Assembly: GCA_963771885.1 (NCBI GenBank)
Contig: CAVYVF010000023.1
Coordinates: forward strand, 224,001-288,000
Source: Candidatus Bathyarchaeota archaeon
GTDB taxonomy: Archaea > Thermoproteota > Bathyarchaeia > TCS64
DNA: 64,000 nucleotides
Reading direction: 5' to 3'
Made by a program: the position numbers and the translations under genes. Below the pieces are notes generated by a model, which saw only the letters and a list, made by a program, of their open reading frames with translations, did no database searches and was not told where the DNA came from. Numbering within the stretch: the stretch's first letter is position 1; each line of letters begins with the position of its first letter. This document shows, piece by piece, positions 1-9,578 of this stretch.

Positions 1-427
1 GGTAGCCAAAGTGAACGAGGTAGCGGAGTACGTTTCCGTCGATGCAGCAGCCGTCCTTGATAATGCTAGCCTGACCCTTCTTCGTCGCGGGTAACTCGAT
101 TAGGAAGTGGCCGGAGTCCCTTTGGAACCGGTAGATGTGCTCGATGGCCCTCTCGATCGCGGGCGTCCTCTTCGTCCCGAGCTCGGCGAGGATGAGGAGC
201 GAGTGTGTTGTCGCCGTGTACTTGGGCAGATACATGTCCCCCTCTTTGACCCACCAGCCGCCCGGCTCCTGGTTATCGAATATCGCCTTCACCGGCGGCG
301 AACTCATGATCATCTCCTGCGCCTCAAGCACAGCCGGATCATCTTGTGGCTTGCCTTTAACGTCCTGGAGTGCCCAGAACCTAACGCTGGGGTCATCCGA
401 TTCGAGAAGCCAGGTCTCCACATCCAT
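1..427 (-). CDS. Prenyltransferase/squalene-cyclase-repeat family protein (partial, runs off window)
   Basis: Hand translation from ATG at 427: MDVETWLLESDDPSVRFWALQDVKG...IFDNQEPGGWW...YLPKYTATTHSLLILAELG...FQRDSGHF; QW-like repeats; not in ORF track because it has no stop inside the window. Confidence 0.6.
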   Translation of the reverse strand, partial: MDVETWLLESDDPSVRFWALQDVKGKPQDDPAVLEAQEMIMSSPPVKAIFDNQEPGGWWVKEGDMYLPKYTATTHSLLILAELGTKRTPAIERAIEHIYRFQRDSGHFLIELPATKKGQASIIKDGCCIDGNVLRYLVHFGY

Positions 428-497
428 AGGAAATGCCTCTGATCAGATTCCTCGTTTTAAAGATAAAGGCTAACTGGGCACAATCGGCATGGCTATT

Positions 498-1205
498 TCA
501 TGCCTTGAGCTTGAAGTGGACTATCTTCTTCCCCTTCTTCGCGTCCTCTAGGCGCAGCTCCGCAAGGTGCCCGATCTCCCTTGTGTTCTTTACGTGGGTG
601 CCGAAGCAGAAGGTCGAAGCGTAGGTGCCGATGTCGACTATTCGCAGGCGGTCGACGCTCCGCGGTATTTTTTGGAGGAAGCTGATCTTACGCGGGTCGC
701 CGGAGGCGTCTATCTTGGCGCGGTCCTCGAAGTAGACGCGAACAGGGGCGTCCTCGTTGACTATATCGTCGAAGCGGCGTCCCACGGCGGCTATCTGCTC
801 CGCGGTGAGGCTGGATGGTTGGTACTCCAGTTTCTCAAGGTCGCTGAATATCTTCGGCGGCTCCCCCTGCGCCTCGATTAGGCCGGTGAGGAGGTGCTCG
901 GCCGAGTGGCGCCGCATGTTCCAGCTGCGCGTCGGCCAGTCAATGGCGCCGTGAACCAGAGTGCCGGTGGGAATGTCGGTATTGAGATAGTGGTATATCT
1001 CAATCCCCCTCTTCACGACCTTGCCCACCTTCGCCTCGCCCCCCGCGTGACGCAGGGCGCCTACGTCGCTGGGTTGCCCGCCAGAGTCCGGGTAGAAGGC
1101 GGTTCTGTCGAGGACAACGAATCTCGGTCCCGCCTTCACGACCGTCGCGTCGAATTCTGTAAGATGACTGTCATCGGCATAGAGTGGAAGGCTGTTGGCG
1201 CTCAT
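498..1205 (-). CDS. alaX: Alanyl-tRNA editing protein (AlaX)
   Basis: LDRTAFYPDSGGQPSD, HSAEH (HxxxH) and CFGTH (CxxxH) zinc motifs. Confidence 0.9.
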   Translation of the reverse strand: MSANSLPLYADDSHLTEFDATVVKAGPRFVVLDRTAFYPDSGGQPSDVGALRHAGGEAKVGKVVKRGIEIYHYLNTDIPTGTLVHGAIDWPTRSWNMRRHSAEHLLTGLIEAQGEPPKIFSDLEKLEYQPSSLTAEQIAAVGRRFDDIVNEDAPVRVYFEDRAKIDASGDPRKISFLQKIPRSVDRLRIVDIGTYASTFCFGTHVKNTREIGHLAELRLEDAKKGKKIVHFKLKA

Positions 1206-1380
1206 GCCGGATAAGGGGACCCGCCCCCGAATCAGCTTTACGCCGCTGCCTTCGCCTTCACTCGGTTCTTGCGGGCAAACAGTTGGATCTGAGACATGAT
1301 CGCGTGCGCGGCGGGTTCCGGAATAAGGGTTGTACCGGCAATTGACGGAAACTAGAATGCTAAAAAATGGAGAAAAATTG

Positions 1381-3151
1381 TTACTTCCGCTTCAGCTTCT
1401 TGTATAGGAGCCAGAAGAGGCCACCACCGGCAGCCAATAGCAGTAACCCGTAAATGCTCCACGAGGACTCGACGTTCACCGTGACTCTTATAGACTGCTC
1501 ATCCGTCGACACCTCATCTGAGGTGGCGGAAACCTTCACGAGGTAGTCCTTTGCGGATGTGCCAGTAGGCGGCGTTATCGATAGTGTAAAGATTGCCTTC
1601 TCGTTGGGTTCTAGAGTTGTGACCTTAATCGGCGAGGGCACGACATCCCATCCGTCAGGGCTCGTTATCTCCAACTCGAGGTTGTTTATCGACGAGTAGC
1701 CCGTGTTTGTGAGGGTGACTACGTCCGTCGTTGTCGTGGCTGCGTTCGTCTCGAAGTACAGGGAGTCGACACTGATGTCGAGGCTGAATGAGCCGCCTAT
1801 GTTCGCCGCAAGAGTGATCGTGCCGGATGTGTAGTCGCTGTACGCCGTCACGTCGAAGGCGTGTTCCGCGTTCGTGCTATCGAGGGAGGGGGTGACGACG
1901 ACTTGGACCTCCTCGGACGAGTCCCCTGCGATCAGGAGAGAGTTGATACGTACGCCGGCGGATGACTTGAACGCGACGGTCCACCCGCTCGGGACGCCTT
2001 CGGCCTTGATTTTGACAAGTTGAGTCGCCCCGGGATTGGTTATTGTCACCGAGTAGGTGGCTGAGCCGCCCAGCGAGAGGGTTTGTGATGGATACTTTGA
2101 GGTTATGGAGAACTCAGGGCTCGTCACGTTTACCGTCACAGTGAGCGGGAGGGAGTCGGTCTTGCTGTCATAGGTCGCCTTCACGGAGAGCTATATAATC
2201 CCCCGTTGCGGCATCGTTCGGCACGTCACCGATGACGTGCAGGTTAACGCTCTCCCCAGCCCCGAGTGTTACAGCGTTGATCCTCTGCCCTTCCCCGTTC
2301 TCGACGTAGAACACCCATAACTCAGGCGAGTTAACGGAGAGCTGGAAGGTCTTCGAGTAGTAGAGAGGGTTCTTCAGTACCACCGTGAAGTCGACAGACT
2401 CGTCCGGAAGAACGCTCCTGCCGGTGTAAGTGCTGCTTAGTGCCTCGCCGTTCACGCCAACAACGTGGAGGTGGACGACATAGTCGACCTCAACCGCACT
2501 CGCCACTGTAACGACGATGTCGGCGTCTGAAGCGTTCATAGGAGCGATGACTTTGACAGTTAGTGAAGCCGAGCCTCCAGCTGGGATCAGGACACGAGAT
2601 ACTTGCTGATTCGCCGAGTTTAAGACGGTTGCACTGTAGCCATCAACAGTGGCAGCGGTGATGGATACAGCGTCGTCCTCACCGTTGTTCGATACGGTGA
2701 TGGGGATGCTGAATGTCTCGCCGTCGTGGATGAGAAGCGTGGAGGCTGTGGAGGATATGCCTAGGCTCTTCTCCATTGTAATCTTCCCCAGAGAGTATGT
2801 GAGTTCCGTCGCCACTCCGAGGTTGATATTAAGGGTAATCGTCTCGTATCCGGCCTTCTTGAAGACGACCGTGTAGGACGCCCGTTCCAAGCCCAACTTG
2901 AAGTTGCCGTAGGCGTCGCTCGTGGTCGTGCTCACTATGTTACCTTGCAGAGAATCCCCGCTTACGATGGCAAGCTCGGAGTAGACGGTGATTAGGACAT
3001 TACTCAGATACGAGTCATCCCCATCGATTATCGTGCCGGTTATCGAGTAGGAAGATGCCTGAACGGCGACCATAGGGCCGCAAAGCATGGCTACGATAAT
3101 CGCTAGTGCAAAAATCCGTGCCTTGATGTTATTCTTCTGCATCTCGGTCAC
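1381..3151 (-). CDS. Secreted, membrane-anchored multi-Ig (NEW3-like/carboxypeptidase-regulatory-like) accessory protein of ABC system; split by a frameshift near 2190
   Basis: ORFs 2168..3151 (signal peptide) and 1381..2184 (C-terminal TM + KKLKRK) overlap and join as GDYI..SVKATYDSK on removing one base; repeated PxGW beta-sandwich units. Confidence 0.75.
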
Positions 3152-4140
3152 CTGATCTCCTGGCGCATGAAGATGACGTAGGCAGCCGCGAAGATGGCAA
3201 CAAGTAGTCCAACGAAGTATAGGAGGCTTGGAAGCGATGTCATCAGCGCGTCCATCACGCTAATCGACGTGACTGTCGGGGCGCCGCTCGTGAACTCGAG
3301 GGAGCTCGTTGTCAGCACTGAGTTGACTATGTTCTCGTATGCGGTGGAAGGGGAGAGGCCGGAGATGATCGTCCTCAGGCTGTCGAAGCCCGTCTGCTGC
3401 TGGAAGGACGGCCCCCCGGCGTCGGTGAACGTCATCCTGACGGGGTAGAGTATTTGCCCGATAGCGTAGCCAATGTTAGGTATTAGCTGGATCGACGCAA
3501 GCCAGACGATGACGGAAGCGAGCAGGGAGGTCGATGGAGAGGGAAGAACGATTGAGAGCAGGAGCCCGATGGCGAGGAAGATTGCCATGTACACGAGAGA
3601 CACGACGAAGAACATCGAGAGGCGTATCACTGTGTCCATCGTCATCTCGATTCCCGTGACGCTGATGAAGAGGCCCATACCGCCGAGGAATGTAACGACG
3701 GCGACCATCGTAACGGCGAGGAGGCCGCCCAGGTACTTGCCGTAGACAATAGAGTCGCGATAGATGGGGTAGCTGAGCAGCGTCTTCAGTGAGCCCCTCT
3801 GACGCTCATTGTTGATCGTATCGAAACTGATAGCGATGGCGAGGACTCCGCCAACTAGGCTAAAGTTCGTGATCATACTGTCAAGTGATCTGGAGAGGCT
3901 CTGCGCCGAGCCGAAGACCTGGATGGGTGCAGTTGTGAAGTTACCCGGGCGACCTGTGCCGCCCTGACCAGACGGGATGGTTATGGTTCCCACGGCGCCC
4001 TGCGACTCGCTGTAGCTGAGCCCGCCCTGATAGGCCGAGACGAGTATGACTATGAGGAGAGTGGCGAAGATGAGCATGAACTTTTTCTCCCCGATTATAT
4101 CGAGGAATTCCTTTTTCGCCATCGACATCATGCCGGCCAT
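3148..4140 (-). CDS. ABC-2 type transporter permease (NosY-like)
   Basis: AKKEF, ERQRGSLKTLLSYPIYRDSIVYGKYLG motif, multiple TM helices. Confidence 0.85.
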   Translation of the reverse strand: MAGMMSMAKKEFLDIIGEKKFMLIFATLLIVILVSAYQGGLSYSESQGAVGTITIPSGQGGTGRPGNFTTAPIQVFGSAQSLSRSLDSMITNFSLVGGVLAIAISFDTINNERQRGSLKTLLSYPIYRDSIVYGKYLGGLLAVTMVAVVTFLGGMGLFISVTGIEMTMDTVIRLSMFFVVSLVYMAIFLAIGLLLSIVLPSPSTSLLASVIVWLASIQLIPNIGYAIGQILYPVRMTFTDAGGPSFQQQTGFDSLRTIISGLSPSTAYENIVNSVLTTSSLEFTSGAPTVTSISVMDALMTSLPSLLYFVGLLVAIFAAAYVIFMRQEIR

Positions 4141-4881
4141 CTAGACGACCCCCTGGTATCGGAGGAAGACGCTCTCGAAGTCCTCCCCCTCATCAGCGTT
4201 GACCTGCCTGCGCAGCTCGTCAATGGTGCCTATGCCGGCTATCATCCCCTGCTTCATGATCGCGACCCGGTCGCAGAGCTTGTTGACCTCGTAGAGGACA
4301 TGTGTCGTGAAGATGACGGTCTTGCCGTCCCGCTTGGAGAGGTTTCTAATCAGCTCGCGTAGGTCCCGTGTACCCTCGGGGTCGATACCCTGCGTGGGCT
4401 CGTCTAGAATGAGTATTTTAGGATCCCTAACGAGTGACTGGGCGATGCCGAGCCTCTGCCTCATTCCACGGGAGTAGGCAGCAACCTTTACTGCCCTCTT
4501 GCTACCGAGGCCGACCTGGTCAATCAGTTTCTCTATCCTCTCGGAGGCCGTCTTCTCAGGGACATCCGCTAATTCCGCGTAGAACTGGAGGTTCTGGCGC
4601 GCCGTCAGGTTCTCGTAGAAGCCTGCGTTTTCTGGGAGTAGCCCTACGTTCCTCCTGGACTGGAGCGGCTGATCGATTACGTCTACACCGTTAACGACGG
4701 CGGTACCCTCTGTTGGGGCTATGAGCCCGAGGAGCATCAGGATCGTGGTCGTTTTCCCGGCGCCGTTGTGGCCGAGTAGTCCGAATATCTCTCCATCCTC
4801 GACTGCATAGTTCACGTGGTCTACGACGGTTAAGCCGCCGTACTTCTTTGTGAGATTCTTCACCTCTATAACAGGTGCCAA
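4141..4881 (-). CDS. ABC transporter ATP-binding protein
   Basis: Walker A GHNGAGKTT, signature YSRGMRQR, Walker B LILDEPT. Confidence 0.95.
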   Translation of the reverse strand: MAPVIEVKNLTKKYGGLTVVDHVNYAVEDGEIFGLLGHNGAGKTTTILMLLGLIAPTEGTAVVNGVDVIDQPLQSRRNVGLLPENAGFYENLTARQNLQFYAELADVPEKTASERIEKLIDQVGLGSKRAVKVAAYSRGMRQRLGIAQSLVRDPKILILDEPTQGIDPEGTRDLRELIRNLSKRDGKTVIFTTHVLYEVNKLCDRVAIMKQGMIAGIGTIDELRRQVNADEGEDFESVFLRYQGVV

Positions 4882-4895
4882 ACATTTACCTCCTA

Positions 4896-4921
4896 AGCCA
4901 TTTAGTAGCTACTACATGGCT
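4896..4921. promoter_or_regulatory. 26-bp near-perfect palindromic operator, probably bound by the adjacent BlaI-family repressor
   Basis: AGCCATTTAGTAGCTACTACATGGCT (one mismatched pair) in the divergent promoter; TATA-like AATATAAA at ~4933. Confidence 0.65.
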
Positions 4922-4986
4922 GTGGGGGAAAGGAATATAAATGTTCTTATAGCCCATAGTAATTACGGAGCCAGATAGTAAGGAAG

Positions 4987-5391
4987 ATGTCTGATGACAA
5001 CTACGCGCCCTCGGGCTACAGGGTCGACGGCAAGGACCTCGAAGCCATCCTCGGGCCACTAGAAGCCGACGTGCTCATCGCCGTCTACGATATGGGCAAG
5101 CCCGTCCGCGTTAGGGAGGTCTACGAAAGGATGAAGGGGGAGCGGAAGATTGCCTACACCACAGTCATGTCTACGATGAACACTCTCTACGAGAAGGGCA
5201 TACTCGACCGGAGGGTGACTGAGGGGAGGGGGGGTCTCCTGTACGTCTACTGGCCGAAGATGACGAGGACGGAGATAGAGCGTTCCGCCGTGAAGCACAT
5301 CATGGACAGCCTCATGAAGAACTTCGGTGAGGCTGTAACGTCTTATCTTGTCGACATGGATAACACGAAGAAGCGTAAAGGCGAGGCCTAA
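4987..5391 (+). CDS. BlaI/MecI/CopY family transcriptional repressor
   Basis: LGPLEADVL...VRVREVYE...IAYTTVMSTMNTLYEKGIL...YVYWP. Confidence 0.9.
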   Translation: MSDDNYAPSGYRVDGKDLEAILGPLEADVLIAVYDMGKPVRVREVYERMKGERKIAYTTVMSTMNTLYEKGILDRRVTEGRGGLLYVYWPKMTRTEIERSAVKHIMDSLMKNFGEAVTSYLVDMDNTKKRKGEA

Positions 5392-5403
5392 GGGGGGGCT
5401 GGT

Positions 5404-6699
5404 ATGTGGGAGAATGATTTTGTGATGCAGCTCTTTACTGCGCCGTTCCCGCAGATGCTGCTCGTCTCCACCGCGACGCTAGTTATAAGTTACGTCCTCC
5501 TAACCCTGACACAGATCAGAGACCCAAAGATCAGGGGCTTCTTCCACGGCCTCACACTGATAGCCCCGATAATCGTCTACATGTTTTACACGCCCTCGGT
5601 CTGGTTGATGGGACCGATGATACAACACGGCTACACGGACGGGGGATCTTTCATCATCTCGCAGGTCAGCCCCGCTGTGGGGGGAGCGATCGTGGGCTAC
5701 GCGGGTATTCCACCCGCCTTCTCCACCGTGTTTATGGCGGAGGAGGCTGCGCGCCTCAGCTATACCGGCCTTCTATGCGTAATCGGGCTCGTGTTTGGGA
5801 CGGCGACGCTCGCGTTATCGTACATCTTCGGAGTCAGGATAGTCAAGAGGTGTCAAGGCGTAATCGATGTCACCCCCGAAGATGAACCGAGGCTATACAA
5901 GTCAGTAGACAAGCTGGCACAGAGGGTAGGTGTCCCCGTGCCTAAGATTGGGTTAACGGAGAGTCTTCAGCCAAACGCCTTCACAATAGGGTACGGTAAG
6001 AGCGCCATGATCGTCTTTTCGAGCGGACTCATAACAGCACTAAACCAGGTCGAACTTGAGGCCGTCGTAGCCCACGAGCTCGCCCACATCAAGAACAGGG
6101 ATTTTCACCTCATGGCCCTCGTCTCGTCGCTAAGAGTCGTCTCCTTCTTCAACCCAGCCGCCTACCTATCAGCGTCGATGTTTGCGAGGGAGAGGGAGTA
6201 CCTCGCCGACGACGTGGGCTCCAAGGCGACGGGGAGGAGGAGCACGCTCAAGAGGGCGCTGATCAAGATCGCATCAATCCCGGCTCCGAAGCGCCGAGCC
6301 CACATCCCCGAGCTGGTCTCAGGGCTGTTCATCTACTCGCAGATAGGCTCCCTGAAGGCGGCCTTCACGTCACACCCGTCGCTCGACATGCGCCTAGACC
6401 GCATAGGCAGCGGCCGGTCGGGTTCCGTAGGGGACGTTTACAAGGCGCTGCTCGTAGCCCTCCTACTCATTGGCTCGATGGCGCTGCTTAGCTCCTACAT
6501 CATGCAGCCGATTCGCCTCTTCGACACTTTCCTGAGGCTCGGTCCAGCAGTCAGGGTGCCAATGAGTGGCGTGATGTTCTCCCGCGGGCCATGGATCGAT
6601 GGCGTGAACACGTTCACTTTCTCATTCGAGAACGTCAGAGAAGTCGCCGTCCGGGAACTGCCGGATGTGTTGGCCCTTAGCAAGCTAAGGGTACATTAG
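5404..6699 (+). CDS. Membrane zinc metalloprotease M56/M48 (BlaR1/HtpX-like, no penicillin-binding domain)
   Basis: TM helices, PNAFT, HELAH, EREYLAD, SHPS..RL. Confidence 0.85.
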   Translation: MWENDFVMQLFTAPFPQMLLVSTATLVISYVLLTLTQIRDPKIRGFFHGLTLIAPIIVYMFYTPSVWLMGPMIQHGYTDGGSFIISQVSPAVGGAIVGYAGIPPAFSTVFMAEEAARLSYTGLLCVIGLVFGTATLALSYIFGVRIVKRCQGVIDVTPEDEPRLYKSVDKLAQRVGVPVPKIGLTESLQPNAFTIGYGKSAMIVFSSGLITALNQVELEAVVAHELAHIKNRDFHLMALVSSLRVVSFFNPAAYLSASMFAREREYLADDVGSKATGRRSTLKRALIKIASIPAPKRRAHIPELVSGLFIYSQIGSLKAAFTSHPSLDMRLDRIGSGRSGSVGDVYKALLVALLLIGSMALLSSYIMQPIRLFDTFLRLGPAVRVPMSGVMFSRGPWIDGVNTFTFSFENVREVAVRELPDVLALSKLRVH

Positions 6700-6704
6700 A
6701 GTCA

Positions 6705-7547
6705 CTAGACGGGGGCGAACTTTTGTATACGCTGCCCTTGCAGTACTTCCCCCACGTAAAGTGCGCCATGGCTGTCCTTCCAGAGGCAGTGTGGGGCTAC
6801 GAACTGGCCTGAGGCGGAGCTCTCCTCGCCTCCAATCCTCGCTAAGGCCTCGCCTCGCTTGTTCATGATGCTCACCCTGTGGGTTAGCTCCGCAATGTAG
6901 ACGCGGCCACGCTTGTCGAAGTATATGTCGCAGGGGCGTAGGAGGTTGTCCCACTCCTCGACGTATGCGCCATCGAGGGTGAATATCTGGACCCTATTAT
7001 TCTGGCGATCGGCGACGTAGACTTTCTTTTCGTCGACCCATACGCCGTGGGGGAGGTTGAATTGACCCGGGCCAATGCCAGGCCCGCCCCAGCTCTGAAT
7101 GAGCTCACCCTCGGCTGTGAAGCGGTGGACGCTGCTGTTACCATAGCCGTCGGTGACGTAGAGGTCGCCGTTCGAGGCCTGCGCGAGGTCGGTGGGCTTG
7201 TTGAAGGGCTTGCCGGGTGGCGCAGGCCTGTTCTTCTCACCCAGCGTGAGTACGAGCTCCCCGTCCTTAGCGTACTTGCGGACGGTGTGGTCGGCGCTAT
7301 CGACGCAGTAGAAGTTGTCTTCCCCGTCTATGTAGGCGCCGTGGGCGTTTGAGAAGGTGCCCTCGCCCCAACTCTCGATGAACTCCCCCTCGCGGGTGAA
7401 GACTATGATGGGGTGTTCACCCCTGCAGAGTATGAGGACTCGGTCCTTGGAGTCGACGGCGACGCCAGCGACCTGCGTGTAGACCCAGCCCTTGGGGAGC
7501 CTTCCCCAGCCCTTTACGACCTCGTACTCTAGACCCTGCCTTATCAT
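6705..7547 (-). CDS. NHL-repeat beta-propeller protein (PAL-like)
   Basis: Repeated FNxPxDxA/PHGV..YVADRxNxRVQIF NHL motifs. Confidence 0.85.
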   Translation of the reverse strand: MIRQGLEYEVVKGWGRLPKGWVYTQVAGVAVDSKDRVLILCRGEHPIIVFTREGEFIESWGEGTFSNAHGAYIDGEDNFYCVDSADHTVRKYAKDGELVLTLGEKNRPAPPGKPFNKPTDLAQASNGDLYVTDGYGNSSVHRFTAEGELIQSWGGPGIGPGQFNLPHGVWVDEKKVYVADRQNNRVQIFTLDGAYVEEWDNLLRPCDIYFDKRGRVYIAELTHRVSIMNKRGEALARIGGEESSASGQFVAPHCLWKDSHGALYVGEVLQGQRIQKFAPV

Positions 7548-7582
7548 CCCGACTCAGATTCAGGTCGGCGTCAGCGTACTTA

Positions 7583-8491
7583 TCACTTGAGGCGGACGAG
7601 CTCAGCCTCCGCGAGTAGGTGGACGCCTGCAGACCACTCACCCGTCGCATGTATCTCCCTGAAAACCCTCTCGGCCTTCTTCGGCTCGTCACGTGTCAGG
7701 TAGAGGTTGCCCACGGCGTGGGCCCGCGTCAATAAGCGTACGCCGCCCTCTGACCGCGCCCTCTCCAGCAGCGCCTCCGGCATCTCGACGCCCTTGTACA
7801 TGAGAAGAGTCTCATAATAGTCGCCGACCTCGACGAGCTTCTCTTCGGATTTTATCCCTTCGAGGAGCTTGGCGGCCTCACCCCAGCGCTTGAGGCGTAT
7901 TAGGGGCATGTATAGCCAGTGAGTGGTCGCGACTGTGCTTTCGCGGACGTCACAGACATCCAGGCAGCGGCGATACGCATCGACGGCGCCCTCAAGGTCA
8001 CCAGCGGCGAACCTCGCGAAGCCGAGGTGGTAGTAGACGTTCCAGTGGAAGCTGCTGAAGCCCAGCTTATCGCTGCTCGGGCCGCCGCTGGCGTAGACCT
8101 CGGGCTCGTCTGGTCTACCCTTAATCAGCTCTGATGCCATTTCGAGGTCGGCGACGGCGAGGTCGAGGCGGCGGAGGAGAGCGAAGCGGTGTCCTCTGAA
8201 TCGGGGGAACCTTGGATCCTCGGGCCAGCGCTTAATCCCCTCCGTGTAGGCGGCGCAGGCCTCGTTGAAGTTGCCGACTATCTCCGTCCGGCGCGCATAC
8301 CATAGGAGCTTCTCAGGATCATCAGGATCCACTCGCCATTCGTCGGCCGCCTTTTCGCGACTCTCCGTGAGGTCTTGAAGTTTGGACTCATACTCCTCCG
8401 GGTTTTTGGGCAGCCATAACTTGATCGGGGTCGGGTAGAGGGGCTCACCTAGGAGGCTATACGTCTCTGGGAGACGGAGAGATTTCGACAC
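7583..8491 (-). CDS. Tetratricopeptide repeat protein
   Basis: TPR-like helices (YYHLGFARFAAGDLEGAVDAYRRC). Confidence 0.7.
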   Translation of the reverse strand: MSKSLRLPETYSLLGEPLYPTPIKLWLPKNPEEYESKLQDLTESREKAADEWRVDPDDPEKLLWYARRTEIVGNFNEACAAYTEGIKRWPEDPRFPRFRGHRFALLRRLDLAVADLEMASELIKGRPDEPEVYASGGPSSDKLGFSSFHWNVYYHLGFARFAAGDLEGAVDAYRRCLDVCDVRESTVATTHWLYMPLIRLKRWGEAAKLLEGIKSEEKLVEVGDYYETLLMYKGVEMPEALLERARSEGGVRLLTRAHAVGNLYLTRDEPKKAERVFREIHATGEWSAGVHLLAEAELVRLK

Positions 8492-8733
8492 GAGTTTATC
8501 ATACTAGGGAGAGTCTTAACATCTTCGCGCGATTGATCTTATAACAAATTAAGCCATTTTGCATAAATAAAATTTCATCTGTAATTAGTTCGTTGCAGTA
8601 GCGCGTGAAGAACGTGCACATGCATCTCTGGTGGCATCTTCCGCTGTGCTGGTTACATCCATTTTTGCCTTGTGTGCGAGCGCTATATGGAAGAATATTT
8701 ACCTATGGTTGATTCTTGGATTATTGATGGGAA

Positions 8734-8823
8734 ATGGCTGTGGCACCGGTTGAGAATAAGAAGGTGAGAAAGCCGAAGAAGTATCTCGAGAAACTGATTA
8801 ATAAGAAGGGGCTGAAGCGTTAA
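8734..8823 (+). CDS. Possible small basic peptide (29 aa)
   Basis: MAVAPVENKKVRKPKKYLEKLINKKGLKR* in AT-rich intergenic region. Confidence 0.3.
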   Translation: MAVAPVENKKVRKPKKYLEKLINKKGLKR

Positions 8824-8960
8824 TCTAGTTTAGCACCATCTACCTGTTCTTGGCAAACTCCGTAAGATAAATGACGTGAGTAGTTTACACTGAGAAAGCT
8901 TTTGAGGTTAGGCTTCGCACGCGCAAGGCTTGAAAAGGGGCTGCTGGTGGAGATTGGTGT

Positions 8961-9578
8961 ATGCCTATCATTCTCGTGCGTCATGGTGAGTCGGAGGGTA
9001 ACATCGGTGAAATGACGGGGGGCTGGACGGACACTCCGCTGACGGCGCTCGGGCTCAGACAGGCTGAGGCAGTGGCTCGCAGGCTCGAGGCTGAGCTTGG
9101 TGGTCAACCCTGCAGGTTGGTCTCAAGTGACCTGAGGAGGGCGATGCAGACCGCTGAGGCCATCGGCGAGGCTTTGGGCGTGAAGCCTTCACCCGAGCCG
9201 GGCCTAAGGGAGATCTACAACGGCGAGGCGACGGGCAAAACGAAGACAGAGGCGAAGGCCATCTACACGCCGCCGACGAGGCCACTGATCGAGTGGGTTG
9301 CGTACCCCGGCGCGGAGAACTGGCTGCAGCTAAACAGGCGCGTATCGTCGACGATGGACAGGCTCTATAAGGACCCCGTGGAGAACCTTGTGCTAGTCGC
9401 CCACGGCGGTAGCCTCCACCACGTGCTGTTCTGGTGGCTCAGACTCCCATCGACCATAATCGACGATATTAACTTCAGGCTAGACAACGCGTGCCTCTCA
9501 CGGCTCTCAATCTCACCCCTGGAGCAGAGGCTCGTTGAGAAGCTCAACGATACTAGCCACCTCGAGGGCCTCGGTTAA
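8961..9578 (+). CDS. Histidine phosphatase family protein
   Basis: LVRHGES, SSDLRRAMQTA, LVAHGG motifs. Confidence 0.9.
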   Translation: MPIILVRHGESEGNIGEMTGGWTDTPLTALGLRQAEAVARRLEAELGGQPCRLVSSDLRRAMQTAEAIGEALGVKPSPEPGLREIYNGEATGKTKTEAKAIYTPPTRPLIEWVAYPGAENWLQLNRRVSSTMDRLYKDPVENLVLVAHGGSLHHVLFWWLRLPSTIIDDINFRLDNACLSRLSISPLEQRLVEKLNDTSHLEGLG

